DNA of 32,000 bases from an uncultured archaeon. Lineage in GTDB: Archaea > Iainarchaeota > Iainarchaeia > Iainarchaeales > Iainarchaeaceae. The notes beneath the pieces are model-generated. The model was not told the origin of the DNA and did not search any database. It was given only the letters and a program-made list of their open reading frames with translations. The stretch covers positions 7,379-39,378 of the forward strand of contig CAZNZM010000009.1 in NCBI GenBank assembly GCA_964577555.1. Direction: 5' to 3'. This document shows, piece by piece, positions 1 to 8,912 of this stretch. How positions within the stretch are numbered: position 1 is the stretch's first letter; every line of letters begins with the position of its first letter. Position numbers and translations under genes: made by a program.

Positions 1-213
1 TGTGTCAAAGAATAGGAAATTGAAACTTATCGATTATTTTGTTATTGGAATATGTTGTTTATTATTCTTGGTTTTGCTTATTTTTTTGGCTTTTATTATT
101 TGGGATTTTGCTACAAATTCTATTGTGCGTTGGGTATGATTCTTGATTCTTATATTGATAGAGTGTTTTAGATTTCCTTTACATTTTTAATCACTTCATG
201 ACAAACAATAATC

Positions 214-984
214 ATGGTAAAAGCTAAGTGTGAAGGAGATTTGATAATAGTAGAATTTACGGATGAAGAAGCAAAAGAACTCAAATTGCCAAGCCGAAAA
301 AAATTTGAGTTGATAAAGGCAAGGGAAGGAATTTGGTTAATGGTTCCGCATGAAGAAAAAAAGGCTAATGTAGTAGATTTGGTTGTTGGAAATGATTCAA
401 GAGAGGCAATAGAGAAAAAAATCACCAATTTGATTAAAACTTTGAGTCCAAGGGATAAAATGGAAGGTTGGTTTGAAAAGAAGCTTAATGAAAATGAAAA
501 TAAAATACTTCAAGAAATGCTTAAAGAGGGTAAGATAATAAAATATAAGTCAAGCGAAGTTTTCAGAAAAGCTCTTTATGCTTTGCCAAAAAATGTCCAA
601 AAAAAACAAGTTTTTGAAAACAAATTCCAAAACATGGAAAAGCCCAAGTATGATTATACTCTTGAAAAAGACGGTTTTATGGTAATAAAAAACGAGTTGA
701 ATGCAAAAACCATAAGCGAGCAATTAAAAGAGAAAATAAAAGCGGGGGAAATAAGAGGTTTAAGAAGTTTTGAAGGGGATTTTTATGTTATAAACTCTGT
801 TCTTTTGCAGGAATCTGAAAAAAAGGTTTTGGAGGAACTTTCCAAGGAGAAACAACAAACGTTGAGCCAATTGTCATCCAAAACAAATTTGACTCCGACG
901 CTTGTAAAAATATCAATGGAGTTTCTTAAGGAAGATGGCGAGGTTATGGAAAGAAAAAAAGAAGTTTATCAATATATTAAGTGA
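214..984 (+). CDS. hypothetical protein; possible AbrB/SpoVT-like N-terminus and winged-helix-like middle and C-terminal segments
   Basis: 256-aa ORF with ATG start and an AT-rich TATA-like stretch (184-191) about 26 nt upstream. The N-terminus GDLIIVEFTDEEAKELKLPSRKKFELIKAREGIWLMV resembles a swapped-hairpin pattern. The C-terminus EKKVLEELSKEKQQTLSQLSSKTNLTPTLVKISMEFLKEDGEV looks like a wHTH. Domain calls come from pattern recognition only. Confidence 0.5.
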   Translation: MVKAKCEGDLIIVEFTDEEAKELKLPSRKKFELIKAREGIWLMVPHEEKKANVVDLVVGNDSREAIEKKITNLIKTLSPRDKMEGWFEKKLNENENKILQEMLKEGKIIKYKSSEVFRKALYALPKNVQKKQVFENKFQNMEKPKYDYTLEKDGFMVIKNELNAKTISEQLKEKIKAGEIRGLRSFEGDFYVINSVLLQESEKKVLEELSKEKQQTLSQLSSKTNLTPTLVKISMEFLKEDGEVMERKKEVYQYIK

Positions 985-988
985 TTTT

Positions 989-1357
989 ATGAAAGTTCTT
1001 ATACCTTTGTTGTCGGAGATGGAAAATGAAGAATTTTTGAAAAGAGCGACTGAAAAAGCAAGTGAAGTAATTTTGTTACTTGTTGTGGATACTCAGCCTA
1101 ACCAAAAATTCGGTTTTACAACTTCGCAAATCACCAAAGGAAGAAGGCTTATGGAAAATGCAAGCAGTTTTATCGGCAAAAAGAAAAAAATTGAAGAAAT
1201 AATAGAGTGGGGAGAAACCGATTTGAAAATAATTAATATTGCAAAGTTGAATCAAGTTGATAAAATAGTCATAAAAGAACAAGGAGAAAATAATTTTTTG
1301 TTCAAGGGGCTTGTTGAAAAGATAAAAAGTGAAAATATTAAAGTAGAGGTAATTTAA
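989..1357 (+). CDS. small USP-like (adenine nucleotide alpha-hydrolase-like) protein, tentative
   Basis: The internal ATG at 989 is preceded by the SD-like AGTGAT (979-984). Pattern ILLLVVD ... G ... KIVIKEQG is weakly reminiscent of universal stress proteins. Its last base is shared with the start of the next gene. Confidence 0.4.
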   Translation: MKVLIPLLSEMENEEFLKRATEKASEVILLLVVDTQPNQKFGFTTSQITKGRRLMENASSFIGKKKKIEEIIEWGETDLKIINIAKLNQVDKIVIKEQGENNFLFKGLVEKIKSENIKVEVI

Positions 1358-1686
1358 TGGAAAAAAAAGTCAGCATTTCGGATTTTCAAAAATTGGATAT
1401 AAGGATTGGAAAAATAGTGTCTGCAAATCCCATACCACATACTGACAAATTGCTCCTTTTGGAATTTGATTTTGGCGAATTCAAAAGGCAAGTAGTTTCA
1501 GCTATTGCGCATCAATATAACCCAAGTGTTCTTATAGGCAAGCAAATGCCAGTTTTAATAAATCTTGAACCTAAAAAAATAATGGGTTTTGAAAGTCAAG
1601 GCATGATAATTGCAATTGATGTAGGGGAAGATTGTGCATTGCTTCACCCTGACAAGGAAACTCCAAATGGTAGTAAAGTAACTTGA
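1357..1686 (+). CDS. tRNA-binding domain protein (CsaA/Trbp111-like OB fold)
   Basis: 109 aa. FQKLDIRIGKIVSANPIPHTDKLLLLEFDFG...VSAIA...LIGKQMPVLINLEPKKIMGFESQGMIIA matches the tRNA-binding (EMAP/MetRS C-terminal) domain pattern. SD GAGGT lies at 1346-1350. Confidence 0.8.
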   Translation: MEKKVSISDFQKLDIRIGKIVSANPIPHTDKLLLLEFDFGEFKRQVVSAIAHQYNPSVLIGKQMPVLINLEPKKIMGFESQGMIIAIDVGEDCALLHPDKETPNGSKVT

Positions 1687-1758
1687 ATTTTTTTTTGATT
1701 GTGAAATGGTAAAAAATTTTAGTAGCTTGGAAAAATGGTTTGTTTGGAAACCAATTTA

Positions 1759-1768
1759 TTTAAATATA
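1759..1768 (+). promoter_or_regulatory. TATA-box-like element upstream of the P-type ATPase gene
   Basis: TTTAAATATA is centred about 26 nt upstream of the ATG at 1790 and there is no SD. This is consistent with a leaderless archaeal transcript. Confidence 0.4.
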
Positions 1769-1789
1769 TGAAAACATTTCTTGAATAAA

Positions 1790-4345
1790 ATGGATAATAA
1801 GTATTGGGCGCTTGACGAGTCCAGCCTTTTTTCAGTTTTGAACAGCTCTGCTTCTGGGCTTTCTTCTTTTGAAGCTAAGGAAAGGTTGGTTAAATATGGG
1901 CTTAATGAAATTCCTGTTTCAAAAAAGCCTGAAGCTTTGCGGTTGTTTGTTGCGCAGTTGAAGAATCCGCTTGTTTTGATTCTTGTCATTGCAGCCACAA
2001 TGTCTTTTTTTCTCGGAGAACAAATTGAAGCATTGGTTATTTTTGGAATCGTTTTGATTAATTCAATTTTGGGTTTTTATCAGGAGTACAAGGCTGAAAA
2101 AATTTTGTATGATTTGAGAAAAATGGTTATATTGAATGCAAAGGTTTTGCGTGATGGAAAAGAAGTTGAGATTGATTCAAGGGAAATAGTTCCGGGGGAC
2201 ATAGTGTTTCTTAATATTGGGGATGTGGTTCCTGCTGACATAAGGCTTTTGCATTCTGAAGATCTTGCAGCCAATGAATCAAATCTTACTGGCGAATCCA
2301 GGCCTGTTGAAAAAAAGCCTTGTATTGTCAAGCCGGAAGTGAGCCTTCCGCAAGACATGGTTAACATGGTTTTTGAAGGTACTTCTATTACAAATGGAAT
2401 CGGAAAAGGGATTGTGGTTGCAACAGGAATGTCAACTTTTTTTGGAAAGTCCGCTTCTTATCTTAAAGAAAAACAGCGTTCAACTTATTTTCAACAAAAC
2501 ATAGAAAACTTTGGAGCCATGTTGCTTAAATTAGTTCTTTTAATGACTTTTTTTATTTTTATAGCAAATTTTGTGCTAGGCAAGCCTTTATTAGAGTCTT
2601 TTATTTTTTCTATTGCTCTTGCTGTAGGAATTACTCCTGAAGTTCTGCCTGTGGTTGTGACAATTTCTCTATCTGATGGAGCCATGCGTATGGCTAAAAA
2701 AAAGGTAATAATAAAAAAATTGGTTTCGGTAGAGGATTTTGGGAATATTGATACTCTTTGTTGTGACAAAACTGGGACTTTGACGGAAGGCTCTCTAAAA
2801 CTTTTTGAATATGTTAACCTTGATGGAAAAAAGGACAAAAAATTGCTTTTGTATGGAATGTTGTGCAATTCTGGTAAAAAAGTCGGTAAAAAAAAGTCTT
2901 TTGGGAATCCTGTTGACAAGGCTATTTGGGATTCAGATGAATCTTTTGGATTGATGGATGATTTTGCCAAATTTGAATTAGTTGATGAAGCGGAGTTCGA
3001 TTTTGAACGCAGAAGAATGTCTGTTCTTGTAAATAATAATGGAAAAAAGGCTTTGATTGTAAAAGGCTCGCCTTTGTCTGTCATTTCTGTATGTGATTTT
3101 GTCTTGATCAAATCGCGCCTGGTAAGGCTTGGAAAAAAGCAAATGCAAGATTTTATTGATAAAGTTGAAAATTTTGAACGCAATGGTTTTATTGTAATTG
3201 CTGTTGCTGAAAAAGATGCTTCTGGTTATGAGAAGATTTCGACAAAGGATGAAAACAGGCTTGTTCTTTTAGGGTTTTTGGTTTTTCATGATCCGCCAAA
3301 GCATAGTGCAAAAGAATCTTTGAAGACTTTGCAGGAATTGGGGGTTAATATAAAAATAATAACTGGAGATAGCCATATTGTAACTAGAAAAATATGCGAG
3401 GAAGTGGGGCTTTCCATATATAAAAACAAGGTTGTTATTGGTGATGAACTTGCAAGCCTTGGAGAAAAGGAGTTTGAGAGTTATGTTCATTCATATAACG
3501 TATTCGCGCGTATTACTCCAGAACAAAAGTTCAAAATAGTTTCAGCTTTGAACAAGGAAGGGCATGTAGTTGGTTATTTGGGTGATGGTGTTAATGATGT
3601 TCCTGCGTTGAAAGCAGCAGATGTTTCAATTACAGTTGATACAGCTTCAGGAATAGCAAAAGATGCTGCAGATATAATAATTCTAAATAAAAGCTTGAAA
3701 GTTGTTGTTGATGGTCTTTTGGAAGGGAGAAAGACTTTTGGGAATATTACAAAATATATTTTGAATACTATTAGCGCAAATTTTGGAAACATGTTTACCG
3801 TTGCTTTTTCATCGCTTTTCTTGAAATTTATTCCTTTGTTGCCTTCTCAAATACTTTTAAACAATTTTATAAGTGATGTTCCCTTGCTTACAATTTCGAA
3901 GGACAATGTGGACAAGGAAATGCTTAAGAAACCGAAGAAGTGGAATCTTGACTTGATTTCAAAATTCATGATATATTTTGGAATAATAAGCACTTTTTTT
4001 GACTTGTTATTGATTTTTGCTTTGATTTTTTTCTTTAATGTGTCTCAGGAAGTTTTCAGGACTGCTTGGTTTGTTGAATCTGCTATCTCTGAAATAATTG
4101 TAACTTTTTCAATAAGGACCAAATTGCCTTTCTACAAAAGTGTCCCTTCAAAATTACTTTTGATAACATCCGCTGGCGCTATTTTGTTGATTTTTTGGAT
4201 TGTTTATTCGTCATTTGGCGGTTCTTTGTTTGAGTTTGTAATTTTGCCTATGGAAATAATTTGGCTTATATTGCTTGTTTTGGCGCTGTATTTTATCATT
4301 GTGGAAATAGTGAAAAAAGTATTTTATTCTAAATATGATTTGTGA
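1790..4345 (+). CDS. mgtA: P-type ATPase, Mg2+-importing type (MgtA-like)
   Basis: Motifs TGES, DKTGTLT, TGD and GDGVNDVPAL are present. SANFGNMFTVAFSSLFLKFIPLLPSQILLNNFISD resembles the MgtA-family TM segment. The ORF opens at TTG 1781; ATG 1790 is preferred. Confidence 0.85.
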   Translation: MDNKYWALDESSLFSVLNSSASGLSSFEAKERLVKYGLNEIPVSKKPEALRLFVAQLKNPLVLILVIAATMSFFLGEQIEALVIFGIVLINSILGFYQEYKAEKILYDLRKMVILNAKVLRDGKEVEIDSREIVPGDIVFLNIGDVVPADIRLLHSEDLAANESNLTGESRPVEKKPCIVKPEVSLPQDMVNMVFEGTSITNGIGKGIVVATGMSTFFGKSASYLKEKQRSTYFQQNIENFGAMLLKLVLLMTFFIFIANFVLGKPLLESFIFSIALAVGITPEVLPVVVTISLSDGAMRMAKKKVIIKKLVSVEDFGNIDTLCCDKTGTLTEGSLKLFEYVNLDGKKDKKLLLYGMLCNSGKKVGKKKSFGNPVDKAIWDSDESFGLMDDFAKFELVDEAEFDFERRRMSVLVNNNGKKALIVKGSPLSVISVCDFVLIKSRLVRLGKKQMQDFIDKVENFERNGFIVIAVAEKDASGYEKISTKDENRLVLLGFLVFHDPPKHSAKESLKTLQELGVNIKIITGDSHIVTRKICEEVGLSIYKNKVVIGDELASLGEKEFESYVHSYNVFARITPEQKFKIVSALNKEGHVVGYLGDGVNDVPALKAADVSITVDTASGIAKDAADIIILNKSLKVVVDGLLEGRKTFGNITKYILNTISANFGNMFTVAFSSLFLKFIPLLPSQILLNNFISDVPLLTISKDNVDKEMLKKPKKWNLDLISKFMIYFGIISTFFDLLLIFALIFFFNVSQEVFRTAWFVESAISEIIVTFSIRTKLPFYKSVPSKLLLITSAGAILLIFWIVYSSFGGSLFEFVILPMEIIWLILLVLALYFIIVEIVKKVFYSKYDL

Positions 4346-4354
4346 CTTTGAAGC

Positions 4355-4873
4355 TTATTGCTTTACTTCGTCTTTGATAATTGATTCTATTCTTTTTTTT
4401 GCGTTTATTTTTTTTAGAAATTTTTCTACTGCGTTTGGCACGTATTTTGAAATATTTTCTCCGTTTAGTATTTTTTCTCTGATTTTGGTAGAGTCTATCT
4501 TTGCGTTGTTGCTTATTAGTTTTTGTACTTTTGTTCCATCTGTTTCAAATAGTTCTTTTACAAGTGGGTTGTTGGTGAATACCAAGTCAAAGCTTGGACA
4601 GTATGCTCTTATTCTTTGGGTCCAAAGCGCATATTCTGAAATGTCGTCTACGCAGATTATATAGCACTTTTCAAATATTTTGTCTTCTTTTAAAGCCAAG
4701 CCTATCATTTCCACTCTTTCGCCAGCTGTGAAAGGATTTTCTTTTTGGAATGATTCCTTTGCGCTGCCAACTACTATTACCATTTCGTCAACTTGTTTTA
4801 ATGCGTTTTTTAGTGCGTTGTGGTGTCCTAAATGGTATGGCTGAAATCTTCCTACAAAAAGTCCTCTTTTCAT
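4355..4873 (-). CDS. nadM: nicotinamide-nucleotide adenylyltransferase (archaeal NadM type)
   Basis: RGLFVGRFQPYHLGHHNALKNAL is the (H/T)xGH nucleotidyltransferase motif in archaeal NMNAT context. ATG 4873 overlaps the nadC stop (ATGA) and has SD GGTGG 7 nt upstream. An alternative ATG lies at 4888. Confidence 0.85.
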   Translation of the reverse strand: MKRGLFVGRFQPYHLGHHNALKNALKQVDEMVIVVGSAKESFQKENPFTAGERVEMIGLALKEDKIFEKCYIICVDDISEYALWTQRIRAYCPSFDLVFTNNPLVKELFETDGTKVQKLISNNAKIDSTKIREKILNGENISKYVPNAVEKFLKKINAKKRIESIIKDEVKQ

Positions 4874-5703
4874 CTTTTTCCCACCCATTCAATGTCCATA
4901 CTGAAATCCAGTATTTTTGCGTTTTTTGTTAGTTCTCCCATTGAAATGTAGTCTGCTCCAATGTTCATATAATGTTTAAGGTTTTTTAGTGTAATCCCTC
5001 CTGAGAGTTCTATTTTTCCTTTATAACCTATTTTTTTGAGTTTTTTTATTGTCTTTTTTGCATTGTTTGGATTGAAATTGTCAAGCATTATCATGTCTGG
5101 TTTTTCTTTGGCTGCTTCAAGGGCTTCTTTTTGGTTTTTTGTTTCAATTTCTGTTTTTTTTCCCGTTTTTTTTGCGCTTTGCAATGCTTCTGTAACGCTT
5201 TTGAAAAATTCTAAATGGTTGTCTTTTATTAGAATCATTTCAGCCAAATTTTTTCTGTGGCTCCAAAGCCCTGCAATTTCTGCGGCTTTTTTGTCCAGAA
5301 ATTGAAACCCGGGTATTGTTTTTCTTGTTACTGCCAAAATGGTGTTGGTTTTTTTCATTTTGTTTTTGGCTTTCGTGCAAAGTGTTGCAACGCCTGACAT
5401 TCTTCCAATTATATTAAGGCAGACTCTTTCCAGCGCGAGTATTTTTCTGTTGTTTCCTCTTATTATGAGAATTTTTTGTTTGGGTTTTGCCATGTCGCCG
5501 TCTTTTTTCAATTTTTTTGTTTCAAGCCCGGCACTCTTGAATAGGAATTCCGCTTCTTCAATTCCTGCAAGAACGCATTTTTGGTTTGCCTTGATTGATG
5601 CTTGGCATTCTTTTAGCGGGGTTATTGCAGAAGTTATGTCTCCTTTGCCTATGTCTTCTCGCAAATATCCTTGAAGTTGTTTTTCTATTTCTTGGTTAAT
5701 CAT
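4870..5703 (-). CDS. nadC: nicotinate-nucleotide pyrophosphorylase (quinolinate phosphoribosyltransferase, decarboxylating)
   Basis: 277 aa. DITS near the N-terminus, ERVCLNIIGRMSGVAT, TRKT.PG, ILIKDNH and MLDNF are typical NadC features. Confidence 0.85.
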   Translation of the reverse strand: MINQEIEKQLQGYLREDIGKGDITSAITPLKECQASIKANQKCVLAGIEEAEFLFKSAGLETKKLKKDGDMAKPKQKILIIRGNNRKILALERVCLNIIGRMSGVATLCTKAKNKMKKTNTILAVTRKTIPGFQFLDKKAAEIAGLWSHRKNLAEMILIKDNHLEFFKSVTEALQSAKKTGKKTEIETKNQKEALEAAKEKPDMIMLDNFNPNNAKKTIKKLKKIGYKGKIELSGGITLKNLKHYMNIGADYISMGELTKNAKILDFSMDIEWVGKR

Positions 5704-5797
5704 TGATTAATTTAAATAACGCAAGCCTAAAAAAACCATTTTAATATGATTTGAATTAAATTTTTGTTATGTTATTTGATTATCGGTCTTGGTCTTT

Positions 5798-6697
5798 ATG
5801 AGAAAGAATTTTGGGGAAAAAATCGTTAAAGGTACTTGGAAATTAAAAGATGGTTTGGCGCGCATGCTTAAAGGTGGTTGTATAATGGATGTTGTGAATG
5901 CCAAGCAAGCCAAAATTGCTGAAAGGGCAGGTGCTTGTGCGGTAATGGCTTTGGAAAGGGTGCCTGCTGATATTAGGGCTGCTGGCGGTGTTGCAAGAAT
6001 GGCTGATCCTGTAAAAGTCAAGGAGATAATGAATGCTGTTTCTATTCCAGTAATGGCTAAATGCAGGATAGGACATTTTGTTGAAGCCCAGATTTTGCAA
6101 GAACTTGGAGTGGATTTTATTGACGAATCAGAAGTTCTTACTCCAGCTGACCAGAATTTTCATATAGACAAAAAGACTTTTGAAGTGCCTTTTGTTTGTG
6201 GAGCCAGGAATCTTGGCGAAGCTTTGAGAAGAATCAACGAGGGCGCTGCAATGATAAGGACAAAGGGTGAAGCAGGCACTGGAAATATTATTGAAGCAGT
6301 AAGGCATGTCAGGACAATTTCAAGTGAAATCAGCAGTTTGTCTTTTGCTTCCAAAGAGAGTTTGGAAGAATTTTCAAACATGGAACAAGTTCCGTTTGAT
6401 TTGGTTTATGAAACTGTGAAATTGGGCAGGTTGCCAATTGTGAATTTTGCGGCAGGTGGCATAGCAACTCCTGCCGATGCTGCTTTGATGATGCAACTTG
6501 GTTGTGATGGTGTTTTTGTAGGTTCCGGAATTTTCAAGTCTTCAAACCCTGAAAAAATGGCAAAATCAATTGTTCAGGCAACTACTAATTTTAATGACCC
6601 GAAAATTTTGGCAAAGGTTTCGTCAGGGCTTGGCAATGCAATGGCTGGTATTGAAATTTCAAAGCTTGATGCAAGGCTTCAGGAAAGAGGCGTGTAA
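5798..6697 (+). CDS. pdxS: pyridoxal 5'-phosphate synthase lyase subunit PdxS
   Basis: [46 protein letters not shown] is near-identical to the PdxS/SNZ consensus. The ORF opens at 5789 (TTG); ATG 5798 is preferred. Confidence 0.95.
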   Translation: MRKNFGEKIVKGTWKLKDGLARMLKGGCIMDVVNAKQAKIAERAGACAVMALERVPADIRAAGGVARMADPVKVKEIMNAVSIPVMAKCRIGHFVEAQILQELGVDFIDESEVLTPADQNFHIDKKTFEVPFVCGARNLGEALRRINEGAAMIRTKGEAGTGNIIEAVRHVRTISSEISSLSFASKESLEEFSNMEQVPFDLVYETVKLGRLPIVNFAAGGIATPADAALMMQLGCDGVFVGSGIFKSSNPEKMAKSIVQATTNFNDPKILAKVSSGLGNAMAGIEISKLDARLQERGV

Positions 6698-6698
6698 A

Positions 6699-7277
6699 GT
6701 GGTTGTTGCGGGAGTTCTTGCTCTGCAAGGGGATTTTCGGGAACACGTTGCTATTTTTGAATCCATTGGTGTAAAAGCAATTGAAGTCAGAAACAGGCAA
6801 GATATTTCCAAATGTGAAATGCTTGTGATTCCCGGCGGTGAAAGCACTGCCATATCAAACTTGTTTTCGGTTTCCGGATTAGACTTGGAGATAAAGAAAA
6901 GAGCCAAACATGGCATGATAGTATTTGGCACATGCGCAGGTGCAATATTGCTGGCTAAAAAAGTTGTTGGCGAAAAAAGATATAAGCCTCTTGGCCTAAT
7001 TGATATTGAAATCAAGCGGAATGCTTTTGGCAGACAAATAGATTCTTTTGAAGCTGAAATTAATGCCAAAGGAATTGGGAAGGTGAATGGTGTTTTTATT
7101 AGGGCTCCTGAAATTTTGCGATGTGGCAAAAAAGTTGAGATTCTTGGAACTTTTCATGATAAACCTGTTCTTGCAAGGCAGCACAATGTTGTTGTTTCAA
7201 CTTTCCACCCTGAAATTGTAAAAGATAACAAGATTCACTTGATGTTGGTTGAATTGTCAAAAATTATTCAAAAATGA
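6699..7277 (+). CDS. pdxT: pyridoxal 5'-phosphate synthase glutaminase subunit PdxT
   Basis: GVLALQGDFREH, LVIPGGESTA, GTCAG and FHPE are class-I glutamine amidotransferase/PdxT motifs. GTG 6699 lies 2 nt after the pdxS stop. The upstream part of the track ORF overlaps pdxS and is not coding. Confidence 0.9.
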   Translation: MVVAGVLALQGDFREHVAIFESIGVKAIEVRNRQDISKCEMLVIPGGESTAISNLFSVSGLDLEIKKRAKHGMIVFGTCAGAILLAKKVVGEKRYKPLGLIDIEIKRNAFGRQIDSFEAEINAKGIGKVNGVFIRAPEILRCGKKVEILGTFHDKPVLARQHNVVVSTFHPEIVKDNKIHLMLVELSKIIQK

Positions 7278-7300
7278 AAAATTCTGTAAAAATTTCAAAA

Positions 7301-7666
7301 TTACATTTTTTCTTTTATTTTGGCTTTAAGTTTTTCGGTTGTTTTCTTCGCATTATCTTTATTTTTTAAAAGCTTGTTTTTTTCTTTTTTGTTTTTTTCC
7401 TTTTTGATTTTCAAATCCAAGTGCTTGCAATATTCTGCGAGATGGTTTTTCAGTTTTTCCATTATGTTTCTTAAATCCTGTGAATACGTGTGCCTTAGAG
7501 TTTTTTTTTGTTCTTCAGGCAAATTTCTATTTAAAGCTTCGTGAATTTCCAAGTGTCTTAGTCTTAGCTCGCATTGTGCCACCCTATCATAGAATTTTTC
7601 TTCGTGGTGCCTAAGTTTGTCATTATTTTCTGAACCTTGGTTTATTGGCTTTTTTGTTTGTTTCAT
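7301..7666 (-). CDS. hypothetical lysine-rich, probably coiled-coil protein
   Basis: 121-aa ORF with ATG start and a low-complexity KKEKNKKEKNK tail. No family was recognised. Confidence 0.45.
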   Translation of the reverse strand: MKQTKKPINQGSENNDKLRHHEEKFYDRVAQCELRLRHLEIHEALNRNLPEEQKKTLRHTYSQDLRNIMEKLKNHLAEYCKHLDLKIKKEKNKKEKNKLLKNKDNAKKTTEKLKAKIKEKM

Positions 7667-7846
7667 TTAATCGTATTTTTACTTCTTTGTTATATATAAT
7701 TTTCACGTTTAACGCAAAAAACCACAGTATTAAAATTTTCAAATCAAAATTTGAAGACACATTATTTTTTGTTTGTTTTTGCCAGCCGATTTTTTAAGGC
7801 GATTATTTTTGCTTTATTAAATATAATGAATCAGCAACAATAGTTG

Positions 7847-7856
7847 TTATAAATAT
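7847..7856 (+). promoter_or_regulatory. TATA-box-like element upstream of fen1
   Basis: TTATAAATAT lies about 30-35 nt upstream of the fen1 start codons, in the divergent intergenic region. Confidence 0.35.
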
Positions 7857-7886
7857 GTTTTGTGCTTTTTTTAATGGTGTTTGGGT

Positions 7887-8912
7887 TTGGGCACGGCTAT
7901 TGGGGACATTGTTCCTCGCCAAAAAATTTCGCTGGAAAGCCTTAATGCAAAAACTCTTGGAGTTGATTCTTACAATATAATTTATCAGTTTCTTTCAAGT
8001 ATTAGAGGTGAAGATGGAAATCCTTTAAAGGATTCGCATGGAAATTTGACATCGCATCTTGCAGGGTTGTTTTATCGCAGCGTTAGCCTTTGTGAAAATG
8101 GAGTGCGTTTGGTTTTTGTTTTTGACGGCAAGCCTTCCGCTTTAAAATCCGAGACACTAAAAAAAAGACATGAAATAAGGACTGAAGCCTTTGAAATGCA
8201 TAAAAAAGCTATAGCTGAAGGGAATTTGGAAGATGCCAAAAAATTCGGTTCAAGGGCTTTGAAGCTTGATGAAAAAATGGTTAATGATGCAAAGGAATTG
8301 ATTTCTGCAATGGGGTTTCCATGCATACAAGCTCCAAGTGAAGGCGAAGCGCAAGCTTCTTTCATGGCTAAAATGGGCAAAATAGATGGAGTTGTGAGCC
8401 AGGATTATGATTCTTTGCTTTTTGGGTGTCCTACTCTTTATAGAAATGTCGCGGTAACTGGAAAAAGAAAAGTTCCAGGGCGAAATATATGGGCTGATAT
8501 AAGTCCTGAAAAAATATTGTTGGAACAAGTTTTGAATGACAATAATATTTCCAGAGAAAAGTTGATTTGGATAGGCATTTTGGTTGGAACCGATTTTAAT
8601 GAAAAATTTCCAAAAATTGGAATAAAAACAGCATTAAAGCTTGCCAAGTCTTCAAATTCGTTTGAAGAAATCATTTCTAAAACAGGTTTTCAACCTGACT
8701 TTGATTATCGTGTTATTGAAGAAATTTTTCTCAATCCTGAAGTTGACACAAGTTTCACAATTTCCTTTTCAAAGCCTGACAGGGAAAAAATAGTTAATTT
8801 CCTTTGCGACAAACATGATTTTTCCTTTGAACGTGTCCAAAAATCCTTGGATAGGCTTGAATCAAATTTTAGTGAAAATGCGAAACAATCCACTTTGGGC
8901 AGGTGGTTTTAG
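7887..8912 (+). CDS. fen: flap endonuclease 1 (FEN1)
   Basis: The N-terminus (M)GTAIGDIVPRQKISLESL and the segments TSHLAGLFYRS, VFVFDGKP, QAPSEGEAQA, SQDYDSLLFG, VGTDFN and the C-terminal QSTLGRWF match archaeal FEN1 along its length. TTG 7887 gives the canonical N-terminal length and has GGTG 7 nt upstream. The ORF opens at TTG 7881. Confidence 0.9.
   Translation: MGTAIGDIVPRQKISLESLNAKTLGVDSYNIIYQFLSSIRGEDGNPLKDSHGNLTSHLAGLFYRSVSLCENGVRLVFVFDGKPSALKSETLKKRHEIRTEAFEMHKKAIAEGNLEDAKKFGSRALKLDEKMVNDAKELISAMGFPCIQAPSEGEAQASFMAKMGKIDGVVSQDYDSLLFGCPTLYRNVAVTGKRKVPGRNIWADISPEKILLEQVLNDNNISREKLIWIGILVGTDFNEKFPKIGIKTALKLAKSSNSFEEIISKTGFQPDFDYRVIEEIFLNPEVDTSFTISFSKPDREKIVNFLCDKHDFSFERVQKSLDRLESNFSENAKQSTLGRWF

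Noticed and set aside
24-155. Possible 35-44-codon hydrophobic ORF at the very start of the window (…YVVYYSWFCLFFWLLLFGILLQILLCVGYDS)
   Set aside because: It has only TTG candidates for a start and no SD or promoter evidence, and its composition is trivially produced by T-rich DNA.
1737-1754. Hairpin TGGTTT-GTTTGG-AAACCA just upstream of the mgtA TATA box, superficially similar to the rRNA-leader hairpin
   Set aside because: The half-sites are in the opposite arrangement (TGGTTT...AAACCA versus ACCAAA...TTTGGT), so it is not the same motif. A 6-bp A/T-rich stem is weak evidence on its own.
2491-3183. Long antisense or shadow ORFs inside confidently assigned genes (2491..3183 -, 4335..4664 +, 5036..5674 +, 6659..7129 -, 10003..10857 +, 14741..15285 -, 16225..16626 +, 16974..17334, 19016..19441 +, 30956..31312)
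   Set aside because: Each overlaps a gene with clear family motifs on the other strand or in another frame. The products are low-complexity, with Ser/Phe/Leu/Lys bias expected in AT-rich DNA, and no family motifs were recognised.
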